UHGV virus genome: UHGV-0126275
Direction: 5' to 3' (one strand)
Source: a virus
Length of the DNA stretch: 43,021 bases
The position numbers and the translations under genes were made by a program. Of the stretch, positions 1-8,894 are shown in pieces (position 1 is the first letter of the stretch; every line of letters starts with the position of its first letter). The notes under the pieces were generated by a model. It saw only the letters and a list, made by a program, of their open reading frames with translations, did not search any database and was not told the DNA's origin.

Positions 1-49
1 AAGGTATACTCTCATACCGTCATGAAAATGGTTTCTATACGGGTGAATT

Positions 50-1306
50 GTGCTTACCGATACAAAATTAAAAAACCTCAAGCCGCAGGACAAACTGTAC
101 AAGGTCTCCGATCGTGACGGGCTGTATGTAGCTGTGCTTACGTCAGGTACGGTCTCGTTTCGCTATGACTACCGTATCAACGGTCGCCGCGAAACACTGG
201 TAATCGGGCAGTATGGGCGTGACGGTATCAGCCTGGCAGAAGCGCGGGAAGAACTGATTGCTGCAAAGAAGCTGCTTAAAGCAGGCCAGTCGCCGGCTGC
301 GGCTAAACGTGACGGTATCAAAAAGATTCGTGGTGCCGAGACGTTTGCGGTACATACCGACAGTTATATGAAACACGTCATCCTGGCTGACAGTACCCGC
401 GCAATGAAGCAGGCGGTGATCGACCGTGACATACTTCCGGTTCTTGGCAACAAAATGATGGCTGAAATTACCACATCGATGGTTCGTGATTTGTGTGACC
501 GGATTGTCGAACGCGGTGGCCGGGCAACAGCAGTGCAGGCCAGGGAGATCATCAGCAGCGTATACCGTCACGCCAATGACCGCGGTCATGGTTTGTTTAA
601 TCCTGCGGCTGATATTAAGCCTTCGTCTATCGCCATATTTAAACCACGAGAGCGAACGCTGACACCAGAAGAAATTGGTCTTTTCTTCCGCACGCTGGAT
701 GCCATTGGTGCTATGGGCACTATGAAAATGGCTTTAAAACTGGTGCTTATCACTATGGTTCGTAAAGGCGAATTCACCAATGCAACGTGGGACGAAATAG
801 ATTTTAAAAAATGGACATGGACAATTCCTTCAGACCGCATGAAGGGAAGCCGGGCGCACGTTATTTACCTGCCAAAACAGGCACAGGATATATTGGTCGG
901 GTTGCAGATGTGCGCTGGTGGAAGTGAATATCTGGTTCCTGGTCGTTACAATTTCCGGAAGCCATTATCTAATGCCGCACTGAACTCTCTGATCGACAGA
1001 ACGGTGAAAATAATAAATGAAGATGGTGAGTATATTCAGGACTTCACTGTACATGATATGCGCCGTACAGCCAGTACGTTGTTGCATGAGGCTGGTTATC
1101 CTTCAGACTGGATTGAAAAGGCTCTGGCACATGAGCAGAAAGGTGTGCGCGCCGTATATAACAAAGCGGAATACGCCAGACAGCGCGCCTACATGTTGCA
1201 GCAGTGGGCCGATATGATTGATTCCTGGATTAACGGGGAGCATACGGATCTGATTCCGTTCTCCCCGTCGAAGTTTGAGAAGTGGATGGAAGACAGTAAT
1301 AAATAA
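50..1306 (+). CDS. int: Tyrosine-type phage integrase (N-terminal arm-binding DUF4102-like domain, C-terminal catalytic domain)
   Basis: 418-aa ORF with GTG start; N-terminus 'LTDTKLKNLKPQDKLYKVSDRDGLYVAV' typical of P4-type integrases; C-terminus has 'HDMRRT...LAHEQKGVRAVYNKAEY' (R, HxxR, Y catalytic pattern). Confidence 0.9.
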   Translation: MLTDTKLKNLKPQDKLYKVSDRDGLYVAVLTSGTVSFRYDYRINGRRETLVIGQYGRDGISLAEAREELIAAKKLLKAGQSPAAAKRDGIKKIRGAETFAVHTDSYMKHVILADSTRAMKQAVIDRDILPVLGNKMMAEITTSMVRDLCDRIVERGGRATAVQAREIISSVYRHANDRGHGLFNPAADIKPSSIAIFKPRERTLTPEEIGLFFRTLDAIGAMGTMKMALKLVLITMVRKGEFTNATWDEIDFKKWTWTIPSDRMKGSRAHVIYLPKQAQDILVGLQMCAGGSEYLVPGRYNFRKPLSNAALNSLIDRTVKIINEDGEYIQDFTVHDMRRTASTLLHEAGYPSDWIEKALAHEQKGVRAVYNKAEYARQRAYMLQQWADMIDSWINGEHTDLIPFSPSKFEKWMEDSNK

Positions 1307-1308
1307 TT

Positions 1309-1968
1309 CTATCCTTCCTGGACTTTGGTAAGCGTCAGATTTCCGCAGAACACTGCGCCGGTGTCGATGTACATCTGGTTTGCATACACTAGTGGGTGAT
1401 GTGCTGGCGTATGACCGAAGATGAACAAATCGGCACCGGTTATCTCCGAGACAATACCGTCCTGCGCGTCGCTAACCCGCTCACGATTCCATATCACCAT
1501 TTCTTCCGGTACTGGCTTATCGAATGCGTATTCGTTGTGGGGGTAGTCTGCGTGGCAGATGACGACCTTCTTATTGCCGGTAACCAGTTCGATAATCATC
1601 GGGAGGTTGGTAACCTTTGGCAGAAGGTATTTGAGTTGCACATCCTGCTCAGAATCAAGTTGGCGCCACCATCCACCGCCGTTTGACATCCAATGTCCGA
1701 AACTTCCGCCGTTGACCAGTGCATCCAGCATCATCTGCTCATGGTTGCCACGAACAGCTCGGAACCACGGCATAGTAATCAAATCCAGGCATTCGACGTT
1801 TTCAGCGCCGCGGTCAACAAGGTCACCAACGGAAATAAGCAAATCGCGCGCCGGGTCGAATGAAACTTTGTCGAGTTCGTTCATCAGCAGCGTGTAGCAC
1901 CCATGCAGATCGCCGACGACGAAGATATTGCACCAGTCAGCGCCATTGATGCGTTGATATAGGTTCAT
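1309..1968 (-). CDS. Ser/Thr protein phosphatase (lambda PPase-like metallophosphoesterase)
   Basis: Motifs GDLHG, GDLVDRG, GNHE in the translation; start taken at internal Met '[12 protein letters not shown]' because the longer ORF overlaps the upstream gene. Confidence 0.8.
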   Translation of the reverse strand: MNLYQRINGADWCNIFVVGDLHGCYTLLMNELDKVSFDPARDLLISVGDLVDRGAENVECLDLITMPWFRAVRGNHEQMMLDALVNGGSFGHWMSNGGGWWRQLDSEQDVQLKYLLPKVTNLPMIIELVTGNKKVVICHADYPHNEYAFDKPVPEEMVIWNRERVSDAQDGIVSEITGADLFIFGHTPAHHPLVYANQMYIDTGAVFCGNLTLTKVQEG

Positions 1969-2615
1969 GCTGAACGCTCCCGCCCCTGGTTGTCTGTTGG
2001 TGACAGCGGAGCATTGCTGAATGCATTTGTTAATCCGCCAATAGCCAACGCGTATCCAGGGTGTAGTTGCACTGCCGTGTCTTCGCACTGATTACCCCAA
2101 ACATCGAAGCCATGAGACGTCTGGCGGGCGAACAGTTCAATGCGAGAAACATCGCCTAATAATTGCACAAGTTTTTCACGAACGATATCTGGCTTTCTTG
2201 AATGCTCAAGCCGCGGTGCGGTAAATGACTGAACGATCCCTGCATTAATGCGCGTAGGTAGTTTTCCCTTTACCGCAAACAGGCAATCTTCACTATTGGC
2301 GCGAGTCATGTGTCCCATACCCATAACCAGTTTATCTGGTTGTCGACTACCACATTTTATCCACGTGAAGCCCTTCATCGTCATCAGACGGAATCCCCAG
2401 GTTTCAACAACTTTTAGTGCTTCGAGTGGTTGTGTTGGCACCCACCACATGGCCAACAGACAGTTTTCATCGGCCAAATCCCACACAGGAAGGCGGCAGA
2501 TATCCAGCACACTCATAACCGGATATTTAAAACCGGCACCGCGATTACCATCTGCGGCTTTGTCCCGGTATACCCAGGGTGGATCTGCATAGATTAGTGT
2601 GTATTTCTTAGTCAT
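1965..2615 (-). CDS. MT-A70 family DNA N6-adenine methyltransferase
   Basis: 216-aa ORF beginning '[16 protein letters not shown]' (the DPPW motif characteristic of MT-A70/Dam-like phage methylases); 4-bp overlap with the downstream phosphatase gene. Confidence 0.8.
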   Translation of the reverse strand: MTKKYTLIYADPPWVYRDKAADGNRGAGFKYPVMSVLDICRLPVWDLADENCLLAMWWVPTQPLEALKVVETWGFRLMTMKGFTWIKCGSRQPDKLVMGMGHMTRANSEDCLFAVKGKLPTRINAGIVQSFTAPRLEHSRKPDIVREKLVQLLGDVSRIELFARQTSHGFDVWGNQCEDTAVQLHPGYALAIGGLTNAFSNAPLSPTDNQGRERSA

Positions 2616-2907
2616 AAACCACCCCGCAACATCCTATACCGCTATAGTCTCCACGGCGAAGGCCGTTACCTTTTGTGATACATTGGTCCCTGCGAACCGC
2701 GATCCTTGCACGCTCAACATCACCAGAAGCAACATCCATACACTGAAGCCAAAGGTGAGCGGCAATGCGGAACTGCCCTTTTTTCTCTCTTTCAATCGCG
2801 CGTTTTTCGATCTCTATCGCCGCAGGAGTAACGGCGACAATCTTTGACGGACTGCGCATTGAAACCTTGTTCATGTGATATTTTTCAAGTCGGCTTAACT
2901 TTCTCAC
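2608..2907 (-). CDS. Hypothetical protein; start uncertain (GTG at 2907 or ATG at 2859)
   Basis: ORF in operon context between the AlpA-like and methyltransferase genes; no recognisable motif. Confidence 0.4.
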   Translation of the reverse strand: MRKLSRLEKYHMNKVSMRSPSKIVAVTPAAIEIEKRAIEREKKGQFRIAAHLWLQCMDVASGDVERARIAVRRDQCITKGNGLRRGDYSGIGCCGVVYD

Positions 2908-3016
2908 TTAATCCAACCCTCTCTGAAAATTAATGCCAGCAGATAAAGCCATGCTGAAACAGAGGCCAGGAATAAGTACCATCCTGACCATTTGCTCCAG
3001 TGCCTTAGCAGCACAC

Positions 3017-3265
3017 TCATGCAGCGTTGCTCACAGGACGATATACACGTTGCTGAACAGGAGGCTTTTTACCCTGGAACTCTGCCGGGCTTGCTGCCTG
3101 ACGTTCATCAAGCCAACGCTCAACTTCGTCACGGTTCCATGCGCAGCGTTTGTCAGTGATATACCAGCGTTTAGGAAATTCACCTGCGCGCTCCATACGG
3201 TCGATAGTGCTCCATGACAGTGGCACCACCGCCAGGAGTTCCTTCTTACCTAATGCACCTTTCAT
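3017..3265 (-). CDS. AlpA/excisionase-like DNA-binding protein (candidate Xis or regulator)
   Basis: 82 aa; 'LLAVVPLSWSTIDRMERAGEFPKRWYITDKRCAWNRDEVERWL' matches the AlpA/Xis winged-helix pattern. Confidence 0.6.
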   Translation of the reverse strand: MKGALGKKELLAVVPLSWSTIDRMERAGEFPKRWYITDKRCAWNRDEVERWLDERQAASPAEFQGKKPPVQQRVYRPVSNAA

Positions 3266-3314
3266 AAATACCTCTCTTGGTTGCAGTGCGGCGCGTGTGG
3301 CGCCGCGGTGGTGG

Positions 3315-4337
3315 TTACTCGAATTCTGGACGCATATCGTTAAGCGTCATCATGAATTTTTGGTGATATTCATCACCGAGCTTTTCAGCCATGGTGTTAA
3401 TCTCATTTTCAGCGCGCTTGAACATCGTTTTTGCATCTTCAGCAGATGGATCCAGGCTATTAAGTATCGCGATGATATATTCTCGAGCTTCTTCTCGTTC
3501 TGAATCTGAAATTGGCGACAGGTGTTGACGCTCATCGTCAACTACGGAATATTCACCAGTGATAACAGCTGCGTTATCTTGGCTAAGTCCAGCTTCAGCG
3601 CGCTCATCCATAACAACAGCCTTCTGCATTTCAATAGAAACAGGAAGATATTTGAATAGTCGGCGAATTACTGTTTTTTTAGCCATCTCATCGAAGTGAT
3701 CAACCCATGGGCCACTGCTACCGGCTTTGCTCAGTGCACGAACTTTCTCAATGTCTGCCCGGCTCATAACTTCAAATTGGACTCCGCCATCTTTCAGTCG
3801 TGCAACGGCGTAAACGTGCGTTAATTCTCCGCGGTCACCTGTTTCGCAAGGTAAATGCTCGAGCGTTTCTTCCAGGCCGTATGAGTAGCTGAATTTGTCG
3901 TTTGTATGTACGGTACGAGCCGAGATACTCAGGATCTGCCCAGAGCGGCGGGCAAGGTCAATCATTCCGCGATAGCCGATAATCAGCTGTGCTTCTGTAG
4001 ATACGGTTTCCCATCTTCCATTTACTTTCTGGCGTTTGTCGAACGGTATCAGGTAAGCGTGTCCAAGAGCTCCGCCTGGTTCAAGACCCAATTGGGCACA
4101 TTGCATAATTGCCCCCAGGAAGCTGGCTTGGTCGCATGATGCAAGTTTTGGAACCTTTCGGATCTCTGTGGTTGCTATGCGCGCCAGACGGTCTGCTGTC
4201 ATGTGCTTTGGAAGTGCCAAAGCCATCTGAGCTTTAATTTTTGGGTCTGCCAGAAGTCCGGCCAGAGTTGTTGGTTTCTCATTATGATGTGCAACTTGGT
4301 TACCGGTAGCCGCTGCCTTAAGTGCATTGATAGACAT
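3315..4337 (-). CDS. recT: RecT-family single-strand annealing recombinase
   Basis: 340-aa translation resembles RecT (central 'AYLIPFDKRQK...' region and acidic C-terminus); lies immediately downstream of a YqaJ-type exonuclease, the canonical pair. Confidence 0.8.
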   Translation of the reverse strand: MSINALKAAATGNQVAHHNEKPTTLAGLLADPKIKAQMALALPKHMTADRLARIATTEIRKVPKLASCDQASFLGAIMQCAQLGLEPGGALGHAYLIPFDKRQKVNGRWETVSTEAQLIIGYRGMIDLARRSGQILSISARTVHTNDKFSYSYGLEETLEHLPCETGDRGELTHVYAVARLKDGGVQFEVMSRADIEKVRALSKAGSSGPWVDHFDEMAKKTVIRRLFKYLPVSIEMQKAVVMDERAEAGLSQDNAAVITGEYSVVDDERQHLSPISDSEREEAREYIIAILNSLDPSAEDAKTMFKRAENEINTMAEKLGDEYHQKFMMTLNDMRPEFE

Positions 4338-4346
4338 TTTTTCTCC

Positions 4347-5225
4347 TTACTTCATTCTGAAGACGCGTTGTGTCGTTGTTGTTTTGAATTTTTCGAATAA
4401 CTCAGGGTGTACTGACTGGAATAGCTTCTGGTCGAATCTGTTGCTGATCTGAGATTTCCATGTGCAGAGCGGCTTTCCGTCCAGGGTCAGGACTGAGTGC
4501 TCTTGCATGTACATCTTCAGCTTCTCTTCTGATATAGCTATTTCTTCTTCCAGTGATTTTCTGCGTGACTTCATGTCTCGTAGATCGTTGAATAGTGCGA
4601 GTGCCTTTCCGTCAGCCTCGATACTTGTCCCTGCATCTTTCTCAAACATCAGCGATACATCGCTTACGCTGGTAGCTTCCGGCGGGTTAAGATTTTTCAC
4701 TCGGTCCCAGAAAGCGATTTCTTTTTCTAAGATCGCCTGGATAGTTTCTTCATCACGCTCAACCCGATAGATTCGGAAGTCGTCGCCACCGATAAGCACA
4801 CCGAAAACGCATACCTGTTTGTTTGTAACCATCAACCCGTGCATGGCCTGGGCCGTGTAATGCACAGGAATTGCATCTGTCTGGATTTCTCCCCATTCTT
4901 TGGCTTTGAACGGACTAACTGTTTTGATCTCAATGTTCTCGCCTGACGCTGCTTCTGCATCGATCTCAGCTGCAATAAAATCGTAATCACGGTGGATATA
5001 GCGGTTTCCGCGATGAACGATTTCCATCCCTGTTTCCTCAGAAAGCAGGTCTATTACGTATGGCTCCATACGCTGGCCACGCGTGAAAACTTTCTGCTTG
5101 CTTGGGTCTACTGGTTTGACACGTGGCTGGACCTTATCCAGATAAACCTCAAGCGGGGTGCGCCATGGGCTAATTCCAAGAATCCCTGCAACATCGCTTC
5201 CTCCGATGTATTTTGTTCTATCCAT
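4347..5225 (-). CDS. YqaJ-like (lambda-exonuclease fold) recombination exonuclease
   Basis: N-terminus 'MDRTKYIGGSDVAGILGISPWRTPLEVY' is the YqaJ signature; start taken at that Met. Confidence 0.8.
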   Translation of the reverse strand: MDRTKYIGGSDVAGILGISPWRTPLEVYLDKVQPRVKPVDPSKQKVFTRGQRMEPYVIDLLSEETGMEIVHRGNRYIHRDYDFIAAEIDAEAASGENIEIKTVSPFKAKEWGEIQTDAIPVHYTAQAMHGLMVTNKQVCVFGVLIGGDDFRIYRVERDEETIQAILEKEIAFWDRVKNLNPPEATSVSDVSLMFEKDAGTSIEADGKALALFNDLRDMKSRRKSLEEEIAISEEKLKMYMQEHSVLTLDGKPLCTWKSQISNRFDQKLFQSVHPELFEKFKTTTTQRVFRMK

Positions 5226-5242
5226 GATTCCAGCGTTCTGCA

Positions 5243-5542
5243 TCATGCCGCTTCCCTCTGCCCATCAATCCGATCCGCCAGATCCCAGCGGGCGATAATT
5301 GCCATTGCCTCGCGCCGGTAGGAATCCATCAGTTCTTCGAACTCAGGGCTGTCTTTAGCAGCCTCCAGCACTTCCTGACGAACGCCTTTGCCTGTTACAA
5401 CGTCGAAAGTTGAGGACAGTTGATGAAGTCGGATGCTCTCAATCAGTTCAACTTGTCGGTCATATAGCTGTTCTGACAGGCGGTAGTCCTTGTCGAATGC
5501 CAGCATGATTTTTTGAAGATTTTTCTGCTGATTAACGTTCAT
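5243..5542 (-). CDS. Hypothetical early protein
   Basis: ORF in the early-left operon; start chosen at 'MNVNQQ' preceded by GGAGG. Confidence 0.45.
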   Translation of the reverse strand: MNVNQQKNLQKIMLAFDKDYRLSEQLYDRQVELIESIRLHQLSSTFDVVTGKGVRQEVLEAAKDSPEFEELMDSYRREAMAIIARWDLADRIDGQREAA

Positions 5543-5544
5543 TA

Positions 5545-5697
5545 TCAGCCCTCCCATATCTCGTTATCGTTGGCTACATCGCGAGCTTCTTTGCTGACGA
5601 AAGCCCACTTAATGCCTTCCTGTAAGGTGCGGAACTTCCAGCTCATGAATCCGCATGCAGTAACGCAGTACCAACCGTTGATGATTTTCCACTGCAT
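5545..5697 (-). CDS. Small hypothetical protein (50 aa), first gene after the leftward promoter
   Basis: Translated by hand from the minus strand: MQWKIINGWYCVTACGFMSWKFRTLQEGIKWAFVSKEARDVANDNEIWEG; GAGGT about 9 nt upstream; not in the supplied track (under 60 aa). Confidence 0.3.
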   Translation of the reverse strand: MQWKIINGWYCVTACGFMSWKFRTLQEGIKWAFVSKEARDVANDNEIWEG

Positions 5698-5716
5698 AAC
5701 TTGTTACCTCGGTCTG

Positions 5717-5793
5717 TTACCGTTGAGGTAATAATTATGCTTATTTGGTTTGGTGTCAATAGATATGAGTTAAAAAAATTACCCGTAAGGTAA
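5717..5793. promoter_or_regulatory. Left operator pair: two copies of the palindrome TTACC-N5-GGTAA (5717..5731 and 5779..5793)
   Basis: TTACCgttgaGGTAA and TTACCcgtaaGGTAA bracket the candidate leftward promoter, one over the -10 and one just upstream of the -35. Confidence 0.6.
5731..5759 (-). promoter_or_regulatory. Candidate leftward early promoter (-35 TTGACA, 17-nt spacer, -10 AATTAT on the minus strand)
   Basis: Read from the reverse complement; flanked by palindromes at 5717..5731 and 5779..5793. Confidence 0.5.
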
Positions 5794-5804
5794 TCTATCT
5801 GGCA

Positions 5805-5830
5805 ATAAAAAAGCCGCCATGAGGCGGCTT
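5805..5830 (-). terminator. Rho-independent terminator after the repressor gene
   Basis: GCCGCC-ATGA-GGCGGC hairpin followed by a U-tract on the minus strand (A-tract on plus). Confidence 0.7.
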
Positions 5831-5850
5831 ACTTACTGAAAACTATAGTT

Positions 5851-6435
5851 TTATTGTTTGCTTTTTTCGTTCTGGTTGATGACAAATTCAATGTAACTTT
5901 CGATCTTTGCTTTCTCGGTTTCGGGTAACAATGCGTAGCGTGAGCGGTCATAGTTGATAGTCGCAGGGTCGTGCGGGTGAATCAGTAGTTCATATCCGTG
6001 ACGCCCGAATGCGGATGCAACATTCTCCAGAGTGGAAATGGAAACGCTGACCTCATTGTTTAACAGGCGGCTGATTGTCACCTGGGCGACGCCGGATGCG
6101 CGGTGAAGTTTTCCCTGTGTTGAAAGGTCGCGGCTTTCGCTCATCCAGCGTTCCAGGTTGTGAGCCGCCAGCTGACCTATATCGCTCGGGCCGACAGGCT
6201 GAAAACCCTCCTGAGAAAGCGAACGATCAATATCAAGCCAGTTACGGGGTTTATTGGCGGCAGCTTCAATTTTTCGTGCAACCTGGTCGCCGATAACCTT
6301 CTTGCCAAGAGCCCAGCGGTTTACCAGATTTGCCTGAGTTCCAAGTTTTTCTGCCATCCGCGTCTGAACACCATTGAATTCACGGTCGATCAAGTCGTTG
6401 AGATTTTGCCTGCGGACGTCCTGGATACTTTTCAT
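5851..6435 (-). CDS. Prophage repressor, tandem HTH (XRE-type) domains, no LexA-like peptidase S24 domain
   Basis: 194 aa; HTH-like segments 'VQTRMAEKLGTQANLVNRW' and 'LHRASGVAQVTISRLLNNE'; no Ser/Lys autocleavage domain; divergent from the Cro-like gene. Confidence 0.75.
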   Translation of the reverse strand: MKSIQDVRRQNLNDLIDREFNGVQTRMAEKLGTQANLVNRWALGKKVIGDQVARKIEAAANKPRNWLDIDRSLSQEGFQPVGPSDIGQLAAHNLERWMSESRDLSTQGKLHRASGVAQVTISRLLNNEVSVSISTLENVASAFGRHGYELLIHPHDPATINYDRSRYALLPETEKAKIESYIEFVINQNEKSKQ

Positions 6436-6490
6436 TTTCTGGAAAATCGCCTCATATATGAATCAGTAGATGATTCAATTTAAAGCAATA

Positions 6491-6553
6491 TTACCCAACA
6501 GGTAAATGCACCCCGTAGGTAACTATCCTTGATTTTTGTTACCTTATGGGTGA
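6491..6553. promoter_or_regulatory. Right operator pair in the repressor/cro divergent region (6491..6505 exact; 6539..6553 with one mismatch)
   Basis: TTACCcaacaGGTAA and TTACCttatgGGTGA; the second overlaps a candidate rightward promoter (TTGTTA-N17-TATTAT). Confidence 0.6.
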
Positions 6554-6589
6554 ATATTTATTATCTGAAATAAATATCAGGCAATAGCT

Positions 6590-6820
6590 ATGAGCGATAA
6601 CGGACATTTCGATTTCAAAAAGCACTGGCTTGCACTTACTCCGGATGAGCGTGAAGCCTTCGCACAGGAAGCCGGAACGACGAGTCACTATATCCAGACT
6701 CACTTAACAGGTAAGCGCAAAATGCCAGGTAAGGTATTGATGAATGGGCTTTTTAAAGCCTGTAAAACAAGACAATGGCTGCGCTCAAAAGCAGAACTGG
6801 CATACTTCTTCTACTCATGA
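6590..6820 (+). CDS. Cro-like / small DNA-binding early regulator
   Basis: 76-aa ORF divergent from the repressor gene, followed by a terminator; assignment is mainly positional. Confidence 0.5.
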   Translation: MSDNGHFDFKKHWLALTPDEREAFAQEAGTTSHYIQTHLTGKRKMPGKVLMNGLFKACKTRQWLRSKAELAYFFYS

Positions 6821-6842
6821 TATCCAGCTACAACCCTCTGTA

Positions 6843-6866
6843 GACCGCCACCCGGCGGTCTTTTCA
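6843..6866 (+). terminator. Rho-independent terminator (tR1-like) after the Cro-like gene
   Basis: GACCGCC-ACCC-GGCGGTC followed by TTTTCAT. Confidence 0.65.
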
Positions 6867-6970
6867 TATCTATTCGTACCTCAAAGGTAATAAAAAACCA
6901 AATCTGGTTGATCTTTTTTTTGTGTCAGCACAAAATGACCGTAATCCCAATACTAATAACAGGGCTTACC

Positions 6971-7171
6971 ATGGAAATCATTACACGTATTGATGCCGCA
7001 AAGCGCGGACTTAAACGCTACTACACCGGAAAACCATGTAAGCATGGACATGACAGTGAACGCTGGGTTTACAACGGACACTGTGTTGAGTGCACCATGG
7101 AATCAAACCGTCGCATCAGGGCAGAGATTAAGCAGATCATGATTAATTCCTCCCCACAACACTCAAGCTGA
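6971..7171 (+). CDS. Hypothetical Cys/His-rich (zinc-binding?) small protein
   Basis: Start taken at 'MEIITRIDAAKRGLKRYYTGKPCKHGHDSERWVYNGHCVEC'; near-operator site gTACCtcaaaGGTAA at 6876..6890 upstream. Confidence 0.45.
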   Translation: MEIITRIDAAKRGLKRYYTGKPCKHGHDSERWVYNGHCVECTMESNRRIRAEIKQIMINSSPQHSS

Positions 7172-7186
7172 TAGCGGAGATTAATC

Positions 7187-8020
7187 ATGAGCAGACATGC
7201 AACAGATTGGGCCTGGGAGACAGATCCAGGTAGCTCATCATTAAAGCTCATACTGCTCTCGATGGCTGACAGAGCCGATGAATATAACCTCTGCTACCCC
7301 AGCATAGAACGCCTCGTTAAAGACACTTGCCTGAATAAAAAAACCGTGCAGGCCGGGCTTATATCGCTCATGAAAATGGGGCTTATTTCAGATACCGGAG
7401 AGAGAAAGGGAGCGACAAAAAGAGTGCGGGTTTTCTCTCTTAATATAACCAAAAACGGGAACATTAAAGGCAACCGGGAGGGGGGCAATGAACCCGAAAA
7501 CGGTAATGTTACCGAAAACGGGAATATACCCAAAAACGGGATGTTGAATGATCCCAAAAACGGGATGTTGAATGATCCCAAAAACGGGATCCAGAACCAG
7601 TCATATAACCAGTCATTTAACCAAGAGAGGGAGAGCAGGACAAAAACCGGGGATTCTGTTCCTCATGACCCCGGCGCAAACAACGCCGTGATGAATAACT
7701 TTGTTCCTCCTGGTGGGCCAGGGCAATTAGGCAAATTTGTCATGCATGAACAATGGCAGCCATCAGATGACTTTCTTCGGAAAAGCTCATTGCAGGGAAT
7801 CTACCTGGACAGTCTGCCAACGGCACAGGAACTTGCAGAGTTCAGAATTTACTGGATGGCTGAGGGTAAGGCATACCATCAGGCACAGTGGGAGCAGAAG
7901 CTGGCAAGGCGCATCCAGTTCTGTAGACAGAAATCAGGTGAAGTCAGAAAGAGCCTTGACTGGCATAACACTGACTGGATAGATGAGGTGTGGGATGAAA
8001 TCAACTCCAGAACTTCTTAA
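7187..8020 (+). CDS. Replication initiator (lambda O-like), with origin iterons inside the coding sequence
   Basis: N-terminal winged-helix-like region; central low-complexity 'NGN...PKNGMLNDPKNGMLNDPKNG' encoded by the tandem DNA repeats; immediately upstream of a P-like gene. Confidence 0.65.
   Translation: MSRHATDWAWETDPGSSSLKLILLSMADRADEYNLCYPSIERLVKDTCLNKKTVQAGLISLMKMGLISDTGERKGATKRVRVFSLNITKNGNIKGNREGGNEPENGNVTENGNIPKNGMLNDPKNGMLNDPKNGIQNQSYNQSFNQERESRTKTGDSVPHDPGANNAVMNNFVPPGGPGQLGKFVMHEQWQPSDDFLRKSSLQGIYLDSLPTAQELAEFRIYWMAEGKAYHQAQWEQKLARRIQFCRQKSGEVRKSLDWHNTDWIDEVWDEINSRTS
7449..7620. repeat. Iteron array (candidate origin of replication): six CCNAAAACGGGA-type repeats, including two perfect 24-bp tandem units, then AACCAGTCAT x2
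   Basis: Repeat starts at 7449, 7493, 7511, 7529, 7553, 7577; 24-bp unit cccaaaaacgggatgttgaatgat at 7529..7552 and 7553..7576. Confidence 0.7.
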
Positions 8021-8777
8021 TGAGTACGATCGCTTTCGTGGTGGGCATGACCACTCGACGGCGGTTGCTTCTGCTGACGATGAAAGGGCAAAGAAGGAGC
8101 AGGTTGCAAGAATTTTCAACGAAATGTTTGTCCAGTTACAGGCTGCATTTCCAGGCAGCATCGCTGCTATCAGCGAGCAAGGAAAGCTAAACGAATTTCG
8201 AAAACAATGGATGCTTGCGTTTCTGGAGAATGGGATCACAACAATGGAACAGGTTAACGCTGGTATGCGCCACGCCCGCGCCAGTGAGTCTCCGTTCTGG
8301 CCGTCGCCAGGGCAATTCATCAAGTGGTGTAAAGACAGCAAGATGGTTCTTGGCGTCACCATTGACGATGTGATGGCGGAGTTTCACCGGTACAGCAAGG
8401 AAAAAAGTTTATATCCTGGTGGTCCCGAAAGATTCCCGTGGCGACATCCGGTTATGTACTGGGTCGTATGTGATACCCGCCGTGCAATGTATCAGCGCCA
8501 GCTTAGCGAGATTGAGGTTGAGAAACACGCGTGCAGGCTGCTCGATGATTGGGCGAAAAAGGTAGCTTCCGGACAGCAGATACCCGATCCGGTGATCAGC
8601 ATACAGGCAAAGCGAGAGCCCATGAGTACACCTCCGGATACAGGGAGAGACGTTTACCATCCACCAGGGCGAAGTTTCGGGTGCATGCCTAACGCCGCCA
8701 CCCTGGGGGGAATAACACCGGCGCAGTGGCTGATGGAGGAATACAGGCGGGGAAAGGCGGCAGGATTTATCAAGTAA
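7995..8777 (+). CDS. P: Replication protein P-like (DnaB helicase loader)
   Basis: 'LNEFRKQWMLAFLENGITTMEQVNAGMRHARASESPFWPSPGQFIKWCKD' closely matches my recollection of lambda P; start taken at 'MKSTPELL' with GAGGTG upstream. Confidence 0.7.
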   Translation: MKSTPELLNEYDRFRGGHDHSTAVASADDERAKKEQVARIFNEMFVQLQAAFPGSIAAISEQGKLNEFRKQWMLAFLENGITTMEQVNAGMRHARASESPFWPSPGQFIKWCKDSKMVLGVTIDDVMAEFHRYSKEKSLYPGGPERFPWRHPVMYWVVCDTRRAMYQRQLSEIEVEKHACRLLDDWAKKVASGQQIPDPVISIQAKREPMSTPPDTGRDVYHPPGRSFGCMPNAATLGGITPAQWLMEEYRRGKAAGFIK

Positions 8778-8782
8778 TACCA

Positions 8783-8803
8783 GCGCGATAGCGCATTTTT
8801 TTA
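8783..8803 (+). terminator. Rho-independent terminator after the P-like gene
   Basis: GCGC-GATA-GCGC hairpin followed by TTTTTTT. Confidence 0.55.
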
Positions 8804-8814
8804 CGTTTCAATGA

Positions 8815-8891
8815 TTACCTGGCGGGTAATAAAATATTCTAAAATCTATTGATTTCGTGTCTTATGTGGTTTTTAATTACCTTAGAGGTAA
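8815..8891. promoter_or_regulatory. Promoter (TTGATT-N17-TTTAAT) bracketed by two TTACC-N5-GGTAA palindromes (8815..8829, 8877..8891)
   Basis: Same geometry as the left operator pair: distal site upstream of the -35, proximal site over the -10/start. Confidence 0.55.
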
Positions 8892-8894
8892 ATC

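Noticed and set aside
5737-5793. 17-codon plus-strand mini-ORF in the left operator region
   Set aside because: It lies antisense to the leftward promoter with only an operator half-site as a pseudo-RBS; probably coincidental.
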